64,000 bases of DNA from Geosiphon pyriformis uo1 (lineage: Eukaryota; Fungi; Glomeromycota): the NCBI GenBank assembly GCA_016748015.1, contig JAAOMT010000503.1, positions 1-64,000 on the forward strand, in the 5' to 3' direction. The number at the start of each line of letters is the position of its first letter. Positions within the stretch are counted from its first letter, which is position 1. Below are positions 1 to 11,489 of the stretch, one piece after another. The notes beneath the pieces were generated by a model that was not told the DNA's origin, did no database searches, and saw only the letters and a list, made by a program, of their open reading frames with translations. Both the position numbers and the translations under genes were made by a program.

Positions 1-34
1 TAATGGCATAGTAATACCTACAAAAGTATTAGTA

Positions 35-3000
35 ATGGACGCTACACAATATCAAGCATTAGTAGAGAATGACTGGCTAACAAAAGCCAACGCCACCCTA
101 GACTGGACCACCCAAGAGCTTCTAATCAATTATAATGGCCACCAGGCCAAAATTCCAGCCACCTGTGGCCACTTCCAAAAACCCAGCGCCAACCAAAGAC
201 CTACCTTCGAATTTGAGGAAAATCCAGCACTACCAGCCATCGAAACCTATCAGCTCTCTTGGGCTGATGACCAAAGAACAGGACTACCAGCCGTACCAAT
301 GTGGACCAGTGAAGAAAAATCCGAATGAAACCAGGTAAGTTCATGAAGAAACCACCAGCGACGCAGACCAAAGCTAGAATGCTCGGTTTGCAAGAAAAAA
401 CTCTCATCTATGACTGCATGCAGCGCACTGGACGAAGACCCAAGAAATCCCATCCACTACTATTGTAACCGTTATAACAAAGAAAAATATGGTTACCCAG
501 AAAGACACGGAAAATGGGATGAGGAACTGTGCCTCGCTTGTGGAGAACTGTTACCAAGAGGGTGTGACTGGAACGACTTACCAGGCAGAAGAGGAACGTG
601 TGACGCAACTTGCCAATACACGATCCTCATCTGTGACTGGATAAGAGGAGGAACACCGTTCAAAGCAGCATTCAACAGAGCGTTAAAAAGACTACAGCAC
701 TACTCACACGACGAGGACGAGTTGTACAACACCACACAAGCCAAAGTAAGAGAAGGAACCACCGAAGAAATACGATGTTGGAAAGAGTCAGCTGAAGTAG
801 CCGACAAAGTCGCCAGCTACAACATGTTCGACCCAGTGGACGAATTCCAGGACTACTACCAACAACTATGCCTCACTCGACAAGAGCAAAAACAATACCT
901 CGCCCAAATCAACACTTATCTCTGCGAAAACTGTCTCATCCCATGCCAAAATCAGTGCTGTAAAAAGTGTCAAGACGAAAGGGACTTAGAAAAAAAAATG
1001 GAAATTGAGAATCAGCAGTCTCAAAATCAATCAATAAATCAACAAGACTCACCTGATGGTCCCGAGTCAGAAAAATTTGTAGCCTATACCAACCTAGAAC
1101 AGGTGACTGACATCCGATACTTCGACAACGGGCACTTAGGAATAATACCCGAAAGAGCCTATCCAACTGATGCTGGATTCGATCTACATTATCCGGAAGA
1201 CCAATCCACAACGTTACCACTCAGGAGCATCACCAAAATTGACCTAAAAATAGTGGTTGAAATTCCGCCAGGAATAATGGTTCAAATGGCATCGCGATCA
1301 AGCCTCACGAAAAAAAGAATAAGCATTCAAGAAGGAGTAATTGACTCCGAATACACTGGAAATTTAATGGTTTTGCTACAGAACAATTCAGAAAAGCCTT
1401 ATACCATTGAATCTAAGGAAAAGATTGCACAAGCAATTTTCCTACCATTGGTAAAAATTGGGAAATTCGTGCCAGTGGAAAATCGTGAGGAATTGTCACA
1501 AACAACAAGAGGAACTTTTGGTTTCGGATTGACAAGAAAAGAAATTGAAGTGAATTTCACTGAAACAATAGAGGAAAAAGGCGAAGTAATTAAAAATGAG
1601 CAGTCCATCACACTCCTACCATATGGAAAATCAGAAATAAGAATAAAAAGGACAATTAAAGAAAAAGACCTAATATTTGAGCCCTACCCAGAAACTTGCC
1701 AACAGTTTCTCATAGGACTTACTAACCTTTTTATTCCAGCTGATAAAGCTCAATGGATAAAAATTTTTATCGCAAACACCACAGAAGAACCCGTCTACAT
1801 TCTGGAAGATACCATCATTGGATACCTCGGAACGGAGCTAGAAAACGCGTCAACACCACAAGAAATTCTAAATTTCCCAGAAATCACCCTCTACTGTGAA
1901 CTCACTTCAATAAATTGACAACAACCGGTAGAATGCTATCAATTTATGCCAGAAAAATTGGCCAAATTAAACATTGGAACAATGGATCCTGACCAACAGC
2001 GACAATTAAAAGCATTAATTTTAAAATACTCTAATATATTTTCAAGAAATGGCGAATTTGGAAGAACCAACTTGGTTCAACACCAAATCCCCACTGGAGA
2101 CGCCAGACCTGAAAAACAACGCGCTTACCGTGTCCTACCAATGGAGCATAATTTTATCAGAGAAGAAGTCCAAAGCATGTTGGAAAAAGGAATAATACAA
2201 CCATCAATGAGCCCATGGTCCTCACCAGTTGTTTTAGTAAGGAAAAAGAACGGAAAAATTAGATTTTGCGTCAACTATCGCAAACTAAACAGNNNNNNNN
2301 NNNNNNNNNNNNNNNNNNNNNNNNNNNNNNNNNNNNNNNNNNNNNNNNNNNNNNNNNNNNNNNNNNNNNNNNNNNNNNNNNNNNNNNNNNNNNNNNNNNN
2401 NNNNNNNNNNNNNNNNNNNNNNNNNNNNNNNNNNNNNNNNNNNNNNNNNNNNNNNNNNNNNNNNNNNNNNNNNNNNNNNNNNNNNNNNNNNNNNNNNNNN
2501 NNNNNNNNNNNNNNNNNNNNNNNNNNNNNNNNNNNNNNNNNNNNNNNNNNNNNNNNNNNNNNNNNNNNNNNNNNNNNNNNNNNNNNNNNNNNNNNNNNNN
2601 NNNNNNNNNNNNNNNNNNNNNNNNNNNNNNNNNNNNNNNNNNNNNNNNNNNNNNNNNNNNNNNNNNNNNNNNNNNNNNNNNNNNNNNNNNNNNNNNNNNN
2701 NNNNNNNNNNNNNNNNNNNNNNNNNNNNNNNNNNNNNNNNNNNNNNNNNNNNNNNNNNNNNNNNNNNNNNNNNNNNNNNNNNNNNNNNNNNNNNNNNNNN
2801 NNNNNNNNNNNNNNNNNNNNNNNNNNNNNNNNNNNNNNNNNNNNNNNNNNNNNNNNNNNNNNNNNNNNNNNNNNNNNNNNNNNNNNNNNNNNNNNNNNNN
2901 NNNNNNNNNNNNNNNNNNNNNNNNNNNNNNNNNNNNNNNNNNNNNNNNNNNNNNNNNNNNNNNNNNNNNNNNNNNNNNNNNNNNNNNNNNNNNNNNNNNN

Positions 3001-4258
3001 NNNNNNNNNNNNNNNNNNNNNNNNNNNNNNNNNNNNNNNNNNNNNNNNNNNNNNNNNNNNNNNNNNNNNNNNNNNNNNNNNNNNNNNNNNNNNNNNNNNN
3101 NNNNNNGATGAAAAAGAAACTATCTTATTTAACATGCACTCAGATATTCATTCAGGCCACTTTGGAAAAACAGCAACCATCCAATGTGCAACTAGCCGTT
3201 ACTATTGGCCAAAAATGAGTTCAGACATAATCCAATACATAAGAAATTGTGACTCATGCCAACGAAGAAGAGGAGCAAAAACAATGGAATTATTAAGACC
3301 AATAAAAGTTGGACAGCCATTTGACAGAATCGGAATTGATTTAGTTAGACCCTTACCAATAACAACAAGAAACAACTGTTATATTGCAGTAGCCATGGAC
3401 TATCTCACCAAATGGCCAGAAGCTAGAGCTATTAAAACAGCTGATGCTATTTTCGTAGCTCAATTCGTACATGAAGACTTAATTTGCCGACATGGATGTC
3501 CATAAGAATTGCTATCAGATCAAGACACACATTTCGTAAACAGCACTTTAAAAGAACTTAGCCAAAAATTTGGAATCAAGCGACCACTGTCATCACCATA
3601 CCACCCTCAAACAAATGGATTAGTTGAAAGATTTAATCGCACATTATGCGAATCACTGGCGAAAATTAGTAATGAACATGAAAAAGAATGGGATTTGTTC
3701 ATACCAGCAGTACTACTAGCATATAGAACAGTAAAACAAGATACTACACAATTCACACCGTTTGAACTAGTTTATGGAAGAAAAGCCACATTACCCATTG
3801 AACTTACTATTCCAACTTATCCAAGTGACACTATCACAGAAACAACATTTCAGGAAACACTACTTAGAAGAACATACGAATTAATAGGAACTTTAGAAAA
3901 CAAAAGAAAAAAAGCAGCACAAAATATTGAACAATCACAAGAACAACAAAAAGTGAGACATGATAACCAGTTATCAGATAATATAATTAGCTACAAAATT
4001 GGAGATAAAGTATTGTTGCATTGTACAAAAATGGAAAAACAGTGGAGTGGAAAATTTGATCACAAGTGGGATGGACCATTTTATATTCACAAAATACTTG
4101 GAAATAGAGCATACAAGCTAAGACTAGATGATAAAATATTAAGAAAAGCAGCACATGGTAACCGGCTGAAATTCTATTACAGTAAACCAGTAATAACAAC
4201 AAAAACACCCAGAATTGGAACACAATTACCTTTAATTCTACCAGAACAAATTCCATGA
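35..4258 (+). pseudogene. pol: Gypsy pol polyprotein pseudogene (protease C-terminus, dUTPase, RT, integrase)
   Basis: ORFs 35-328, 410-1918, 1946-3505 and 3509-4258 are in one frame, broken by point nonsense codons (frame across the N gap is only nominal). Motifs: protease tail ALVENDWLTKANATLDW; dUTPase AGFDL/RSS/GVIDSEY/AQ/RGTFGFG; IN HSDIHSGH..CDSC, IGIDL, SDQDTHF, YHPQTNGLVERFN, WDGPF. Confidence 0.9.
2293..3106. other. Assembly gap (N run) covering most of RT/RNase H
   Basis: 814 consecutive N. Confidence 1.
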
Positions 4259-4387
4259 GATTTAGAACCAATAGTTTTAATTGAACATTATTCAAAAAGA
4301 TAATTAATCTTAGATCACAGCAAAAATGATTTAACAACCATAAAAACGCATGCAAAAGATTCCAAAATAACAGTCAAAATTAAAACA

Positions 4388-5056
4388 ATGATACTTATTC
4401 CAGAAAACATCAACAATATAACTCAACAATTAGTTGAAAGCTTACAACAATTAAAATCCGATCTAGAAATCACAGTTAATAGCTCTAAAATAACATACAT
4501 AAAAAGAACAATAGAAAATCCAAAAACAAGAAAAGAACATAATTTTGAACCATATAATATTGCCAAATATAACAACAAATTTATTAGCAAAGTTATTGAA
4601 AAATTAAAGATAGCATTGGGCAATATATTAATAATGAAAGAAATAGAAATAAGTGAATTAACACCAGACACATTTAGCAACTTGAAAACGAAATTTCCAA
4701 TTAATTACTGTTATTATCAACTAAGAAAGCACTTGAACATACAAACATTATACTCAAAAGACTCAACTAGAGTGTTTGAGAAAACAACTATCCAACTATT
4801 AGAACCTTTCATTGGAAAAACCAACACTACATTCCATTTAAAAACAGTTTACAGAATTTTCAAAGCATTTGAAAACTGTCACAAATTATTGTTGGACCCA
4901 ACCATGAACATAATAACAACCAACAGTATTGGACGACTTACAAACTCGCAATTTCAAGAATTACAACAACAAATTAATAACACAGTATTGAACCACTATA
5001 GTAACTTAGAATTTAATGAAGAAATTAACTTCGATTTCGACGGAGCTCAATCTTGA
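4388..5056 (+). CDS. Additional uncharacterised 222-aa ORF between integrase and PPT (ORF3 or in-frame Pol extension)
   Basis: Open 222 codons; same frame as integrase, separated from it by two stops (4256, 4301); its stop abuts the PPT. Confidence 0.55.
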   Translation: MILIPENINNITQQLVESLQQLKSDLEITVNSSKITYIKRTIENPKTRKEHNFEPYNIAKYNNKFISKVIEKLKIALGNILIMKEIEISELTPDTFSNLKTKFPINYCYYQLRKHLNIQTLYSKDSTRVFEKTTIQLLEPFIGKTNTTFHLKTVYRIFKAFENCHKLLLDPTMNIITTNSIGRLTNSQFQELQQQINNTVLNHYSNLEFNEEINFDFDGAQS

Positions 5057-5069
5057 AAGGAGGGGATAA
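5055..5069 (+). promoter_or_regulatory. Polypurine tract (plus-strand primer)
   Basis: GAAAGGAGGGGATAA immediately before the LTR start TGTTAC. Confidence 0.85.
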
Positions 5070-5936
5070 TGTTACAGTTTAAGAATTTAGCAAAAAGAAT
5101 CATAAAAATAATACAAACTATTCAATCATAATATAGCACAGTAATAATCTTAGAAAGATAATAATTAACATAGTAGCAAACACCATCTCGCGATAGTGGC
5201 AAGCACCAGTTCACAATAGCAGCCAACACCAACTGGTGATAGCAGCAAACACCAAGTTGAAATATCAAAAAGAAAGTATTTTCTCGTAGAACTACAAACA
5301 TGTATATATACAGTAGTTTTAATATTGGGAAATAATCAATCAAGTAATAAAAATCATAACTTATCAAGCAACAGATCCAATTTTATCCGACAAACTCCAC
5401 TTTAAATCATACTTTCAAATTAAATATCCCAAGAAACCTTTAAAAATCAAAAAGAAATGAAAAAAAATATTTAAAACGGAACTATTACAACCCAAAGTAT
5501 TAAGAAACTTACTTGTATTATTTATTGAATGAAACTATCATTCATCAACTGAATCCCTTGGAAGAATAATCCTTGATCAAGATTATTCACGTTGTTACTA
5601 ATTGATAAAAGCTTTATTGTGAGAATTAGAAAAGCACTAAAGACCATTAACATTCTGTGTTTCTAGATTAGAGAAACACATCAGGCAATTGCAAGAATAG
5701 CCTCAGAGAAGACCCCAGACAGTGGGTAAATTTCAGTTCAGCCTCTGAGAAGGAGTACATAAACACACACAACAATCAAGAATTAAAGAATAACTTACAT
5801 CACAACAGTAAAAAGAAAGCCTTCAGTGTAACAGTGACATTATCACACAAATAGAATTGAAGAACTCATGAAAGACTGATTGCAATTAAAGCGGGATATC
5901 AGCAATTAAATATAACAAGAAAACCATCCCATAACA
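5070..5936 (+). repeat. 3' LTR (~867 bp)
   Basis: Begins TGTTA after the PPT and ends TAACA; abrupt switch to LINE coding sequence afterwards. Confidence 0.82.
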
Positions 5937-8900
5937 GTGCCTTTAGTTCCTTCTTCTAATATGATTCCTCTAGTGGATACTCCTCAACCGTCCGTCTTTG
6001 GTTCTCTCATGGTGACTAATTCTGACTTGGATTCCAACATGGTGTTAGACGTTCCTTTGACTCAATTCATTTCTTTCCTTTCTGGTAATGATAATTCTCA
6101 ATTGGGTCATAGCAGTTCCAAAGTGCTGACTTTTAAAATTGGTGTTTTAGAATCAAAATTGGTTGCTTTTGATGTCTCCATTGGTTCGATTTTGGTGAAG
6201 TTAGAGCAGATGTGTGCTGGTTCAGGTCCTCTGGTCCTCTTCTCATCTCAATGACCAATTATATTTGGAAAATTGCCACATGCAATGTTAGGGGTATGAA
6301 CAATCCTGCAAAACAGGAGAATATTATTTGTTGGCATAAAGAAATGAACAATGTGATTTCAATTGTTACTGAGACTAAGTTGAAAGATGGGGTTCGCTCT
6401 TGGATTATGAATAAGTTTGTTGGTGTCCAGGTTTTTACTTCTGGTTTGAGTTCTGGTCACATGGGTTCTGGGATCACAATCATTATGAACAATTTCTTGG
6501 CTCGGCATGTGTGTAAGGTGTTAGACATTCCTGGCTGGTTTTTTTCTATTAAGATTCTCTTCAAAAATAAGCTGTCTGTGTCAATTTTGGGGCTATATGC
6601 TGGATCATCTTTGGCAGTACGTTTCTCTCAGGTGGATGATATCAATTCTTTGATTGCAAGGGCGGTAAATAAGTCTTCCTTCATCATCTTGAGTGGTAAC
6701 TTCAATGAAAATGGTTCTCACAAAAGTGCTAGCTTAAGAAAATGCTTTGATTTGGGTTTGGTCAACTCTTTGAGTAGAAGCGTGTTTGGAAAGAAAGCTA
6801 TGTGGAATAATTCTCATGGGGTGGCTAAAATTATTGATTATGTGTTTGTGTTGTCAAGTCTTGTTAACACAATTTTGGGTTGTGATGTATCTGGTGTCGA
6901 AGAGTATTTTGACACTGATCATAAAGCCATTTCTGTTTCCATGGGTCTTGGTGGTTTGCTGGATGTGCAGTTGAACTCATTGCACAATCGGGCGAATAAG
7001 GATTGCTGGAAGTACAATTTTGCGAATGCTGGTGACGCCGATTGGATCAAGTTTAAAGAGGATACTTCAGCGAATGCTGCCATGTTCCATAATGAATTTT
7101 ATGCTGCCAAGATATGTTTGGACCTGGACACAATGTGGAGTCACCTTCACCAAGTGGTGTGTTTGTCGGCTGAAAACGTTTTCAAAAAAAAATGGTTTAA
7201 GAGTTTTGACAGTGTCTATAATAGAGTATTATCCAGATTTCACAAATTAGAACTTTTGGTATTGAAGATTGTTAAAGCCTCTTGTTTGGTCTCTCATGAG
7301 AAATTTATTTCTCTACTTGACACATGGAAAGGAATTGATACTGCTAATGCTTCTGTTGTGGAGTCTCTCTTTCTTTCGGGTTCTTATTTTAATACCATTC
7401 ATTCAGCTTTGGCCAAGATAAGGAAATCTTACCATTCATCTAAGTTGTCAGAGTCAAACTGTGCAAAAGAATCTCAGATCAAGTCGGCAATTGACAAAAG
7501 AATGGAGAGTTTTAAGTTAAACAAAGATCATACTGTACGTAGTGTTTTGGAACGACCCTTCCACAAGGTGGTTTTAGATCATTTGGTGGTAGGGGATGAG
7601 ATGGTGTTGGATCCTGCTCCTGTGAAGTCTAAGGTGGATGAGATTATGGAAGGCTGGACTAGAAAGCGAAGGGTGGTGCTCGACGTTAATGATGAGTGGT
7701 CTCGCCAGTATTATCCTTTGGGTTATGTTTTTGACAAAGCTTTTTCTGGTGTAATGGGTTTGATCGACTTCGACGAATTGTTTGGGGTTGTTTCCAACCT
7801 GCCAGATGGCAAAGCTGCTGGCCTTTCGGATATCTCAAATGAGCTTTGAAAACATTATGATGTTTCAGTCCTTAATATGCTCTTGGTGCTTTTGAACTCT
7901 TGCCAGTATGAGGAATCTGTCTCTGGCTCTTGGAGAGAAGCTTGGGTTTTGATGATTCCCAAACCGTATGAATGGGAGGATGTTCTTACAAATACTTGTC
8001 CTATTGCACTAATTGAGACAGCTCACAAGATTCTCTCTAAAATACTCTCAGACAGGATTTTTTCAGCATGCAGCACTCATGATGTCCTTTATGGTGACAA
8101 TTTTTCGGTTTTGAAAGGTACAACGACACAGTCCCCTATTTTTGCAGTTGGTTTGGTTGTTGAAGATGCCCTGGAAAAGAACAGAGAGCTTTGGCTGGTC
8201 TTGCAGGATATGAAGAAGGTGTATAATTCAGTTGGCTGAGAGTATTTGGAGAAGTGTTTGGTCAAAATTAAAATGTGTGACAAATTTATTCAGTTTTTTG
8301 GCGGCATTCACAGAGGTCGCACTAATTGAGTCATAACAGATTTTGGTTTGACAGATGGTTATTATGTCCATGATGGTTTAGATCAGGGAGAGGTTTTTTT
8401 CCCTCTCCTGTGGCGCATTTTTTATGATCCTCTTTTGTGCGAAGTCAAGCATCAGAAGAGTGTCTGTGGGTATAGGCTAATTTTTCATTTTGTTTTCAAG
8501 AGTGGTCATGTCGAATCGCAAGTTGGGCTTTCTTCCTATTTTGCTGCTGGTGCCTTTGTTGATGATACAATTTGGGTTGGCAGTAGTCAGAGTGCAACTC
8601 AACATATTTTGGACATTGCTAGTGAGTTTTTTCGGATTAATGACATCTTAATAAACAATGACAAGACAATAGCTATTCTTATCAATTGTAAAGTTGGAAA
8701 TCCCACTCTTTTCATTAGTGGTTCCCCTATTTCTGTTGCCAAAAAGGGTGAATCCCATCAGTATCTGGACATATTTCTGTCAACTGAAGGCCTTTCCAAA
8801 CCCAGTTTAGCTAAGGCACATTCGGACATTTGTTTTTTTACAAATTTGGTCTTAAAAAGGCTATCTCTGATAAGCAGTTCTTATATTTGGTTTTAGCGGT

Positions 8901-11073
8901 TCTCCAACCTATAATTAGCTACAGGACACAATTTAGCTTTGTTCCTATAGGCATTTGCAACAAGTGGGATGCTATAATTCATAAGGGCCTGAAGCTTAAA
9001 TCTGGACTTCCGCTCGATTTTCCTAGTAATTCGATTCACTACCCCTCTTTTTATGGTTTAAGATCTTTCCTGCAAATTCAGTCTGAAGGCAAGATTGCTT
9101 TTCTTATTAATTTTGCTAACTCTGGTGAGATTGTGGATCATTTGTTCTCTCATAGGTCTCATAATCTGCAAGTTTTATGTTGGTGCCCTATTTATCCATT
9201 GAGTTCTCCTGTTTGCATTCGTGTTAGCGCCTCTAATAATTTTTTGGCAGGTTTGGTTCATGTGCTTTATAATTGCAAATTGTCCTTGGATGGATCTTTT
9301 CCCAATTCCTTTCGTGCCGATAGTGGAATGCCCATGTCGACTGTTTTGGGTGAATCAGTTTTCTCTAGGTGTCTCCCCTCACTTCGGCAGTATGGAGTGG
9401 CCTTTGTAGACCAACTTCGTGATCATTATAGTATTGTCTTTGATTGGTCTACATTTAAGCGATAGAAGAAACTGGACCTCCATGGCCCTATTTCTGAGTG
9501 GTTCAGACTTTCTGCTGTGTTTCTTGCTGGAGAGGATTCCTCTTCTGTCCGCATCCCTCTTCTTGCTAATATTGGTCTCTTGAACATTCTGGGTTTCTCT
9601 GGTTTTGTGTCTGTCTGCGATCATCTTTCGCAAGTCAATGCAAGGGTGCTATCGGTCTACACTGATGGGTCATTGAGAAATTTGGGTACAGTTGGCTGTG
9701 AAGCGGGTGCTGCGGTCTTTTTCGAGGACATTGGTATGGGTTTGGGTGTTGGCATGTCTGAGTTGATGTCATCTACCATGGCTGAGTTATAGGCAATTGC
9801 ATTGGCTCTCGAGTGTGTTCCTGTTTTTAGTAATGTACATTTATTTTTGGATAGTCAGTCTGCTTTGGATGCTTGCAAATCAGAATTGGGTCTGGTGGTT
9901 CCTGATTTCCATAAACGGTGTTGGGTTGAGCGTCAGCACATTGCCAACGTCATATACAATAAGGGCCTAAAAGTTACCTAGCACAAAGTTAAAGATCATT
10001 CTGGGATTTTGGGAAACGAGCATGCTGATATAATTGCCAGTGCTGTTTCTGTTTCTGACTGGTTTCTTCCTCCTCACCTGGATGAACACTTTTTGATGAC
10101 TGATGGCAACATTGTCTCTGGCAATTCAAGGCACTTTGTCCATGACACTTTTCGTGCCATGTGTCGTGCACGTTGGGAGGTGGGATCTGGTTCTAAAATT
10201 TTGCCTGTCAACTTGTGTGCTGATGTTGATTGGTCCCGCTCTTCTTTGGTGTGGCATCCTGATTTGCATATGGCCACCAGTTTCACTAACAAGATTTTGG
10301 CTAACACGCGTTCTTATTTTATGAAGGCTTTGCATCATCAGTTGCCTGTGGCTGTTCAAAAACGGCTTTATAATAGACTTTATCCCAGTGTGTTGTGTCT
10401 ATATTGTGGTAATGTAGAAATGTCGGATCATGTTTTTTCTTGTAAGGTTGATGATTCTGCTCGGTGTCGGTTGTTAAATTCTCACATGAACACTTGGAGA
10501 ACACTTTCTGGTTCTTCTGTCTCTTCTTCGGTTTTGTTGCAGTTGTTGTTGTCTTGTGTTTCAGGGTTCTCAGTATCCATGGCCCTCCATAAGAGTTTTG
10601 TTTTTGATGAATGGTTCGGTGAAGCTGTTTCTGTCTTCCATAATCCCAAGGTGGCATGTTTGGAGGTTGTTAATTTTGCGTATTCTCTTGGCCTCACTTT
10701 TAGAGATGAGATCTGGTTGGTTCAGGCCAAACACCATGCTTATATGGAAAAGCACGGACTGATTCCTTTGGATGGTTTATCTCCTACTTCGGTCTCTGGT
10801 TTAACTTCACAGCTTTCCGCTGGTGTGGTTGATTTGCTTGGTATTGATAAAGCTTTTGGTGTGCATTTTGGTTTTTGCAAGTCTTATATGTTTTTTTCTG
10901 GCATTGGTGATTTAGCTTCTGTCTATATAGCTGTATAGTGTTGTCCTGACTGGCCCGAGTGGCTGGTCACATGTAAAAAGTGCATGATTCACGCCTAGTT
11001 TAGATCATTTCTTTGATATATAGTGCTAGGTTGTGTGTGGACCTCACTCGTTAAATAAAAAAAATAAAAAAAA
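5937..11073 (+). mobile_element. LINE (non-LTR retrotransposon), copy A: ORF1 C-terminus, ORF2 (APE-RT-RNaseH-CCHC), 3' UTR and poly(A); interrupted by the Gypsy element
   Basis: APE WKIATCNVRG..ETKL..GNFNE..IIDYVF..DTDHKAI; RT LQDMKKVYNSV, QGEVFFPLLW, FVDD; RNase H YTDGS..AEL..DSQ..GNEHAD; CLYCGNVEMSDHVFSC; A-rich tail 11053-11073. Confidence 0.93.
6251..10938 (+). pseudogene. LINE ORF2 pseudogene
   Basis: Colinear fragments with several nonsense codons and one frameshift near 8850; the ATG overlaps the ORF1 stop (ATGA). Confidence 0.9.
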
Positions 11074-11099
11074 TATTAATATAAAAATTATTTGAATTT

Positions 11100-11489
11100 T
11101 AACAAAATAAGTCAAAATTTATAAATTAATAATATTAAGTATAATTTAATTAATATATTTATTAAATTAATTATAATATAATTAAAATAATAATAAAAAT
11201 TAGACTAATTTTAAAATATGTTTGTTTTTTTGGTTTTTAATATTTCTGCAATATATATATAAATTTTTATATTATATAATTCTTAAAATTTCTATAATTT
11301 TTTAAAGTTATTACTAAAATTTTTGATATTTCTAAAATTTTTAACATTTTTATTAATATTCTTGAAATTTTTGAAATTTTTATTGGTATTTTTAAAATTT
11401 TTAATATTACATATTTTAATAATTTTCTATTTTATTATTGGCTATTATATACTATTATTTTTTTTTATTTTTCTATATAAATAATAATA
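11100..11489 (-). repeat. Degenerate LTR fragment resembling the LTR at 18531-19339
   Basis: Shares ATTGGCTATT, the (GAAATTT)-like repeat run and a similar terminus with 19190-19339; very AT-rich. Confidence 0.4.

Larger units (their letters stand above)
1..5936 (+). mobile_element. Ty3/Gypsy LTR retrotransposon, 3' part (PR - Cys-rich - dUTPase - RT - [gap] - IN - extra ORF - PPT - 3' LTR); 5' end outside the window
   Basis: Domain order PR-RT-IN; RT motifs [31 protein letters not shown]; integrase HHCC and D,D,E core; PPT followed by a TGTTA...TAACA LTR; LINE ORF1 sequence resumes directly at 5937. Confidence 0.93.

Noticed and set aside
2266-3135. Long ORFs made of X residues, and the apparently short RT-RNase H spacing
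   Set aside because: Artefacts of the N gap; the gap length is an estimate, so no deletion can be inferred
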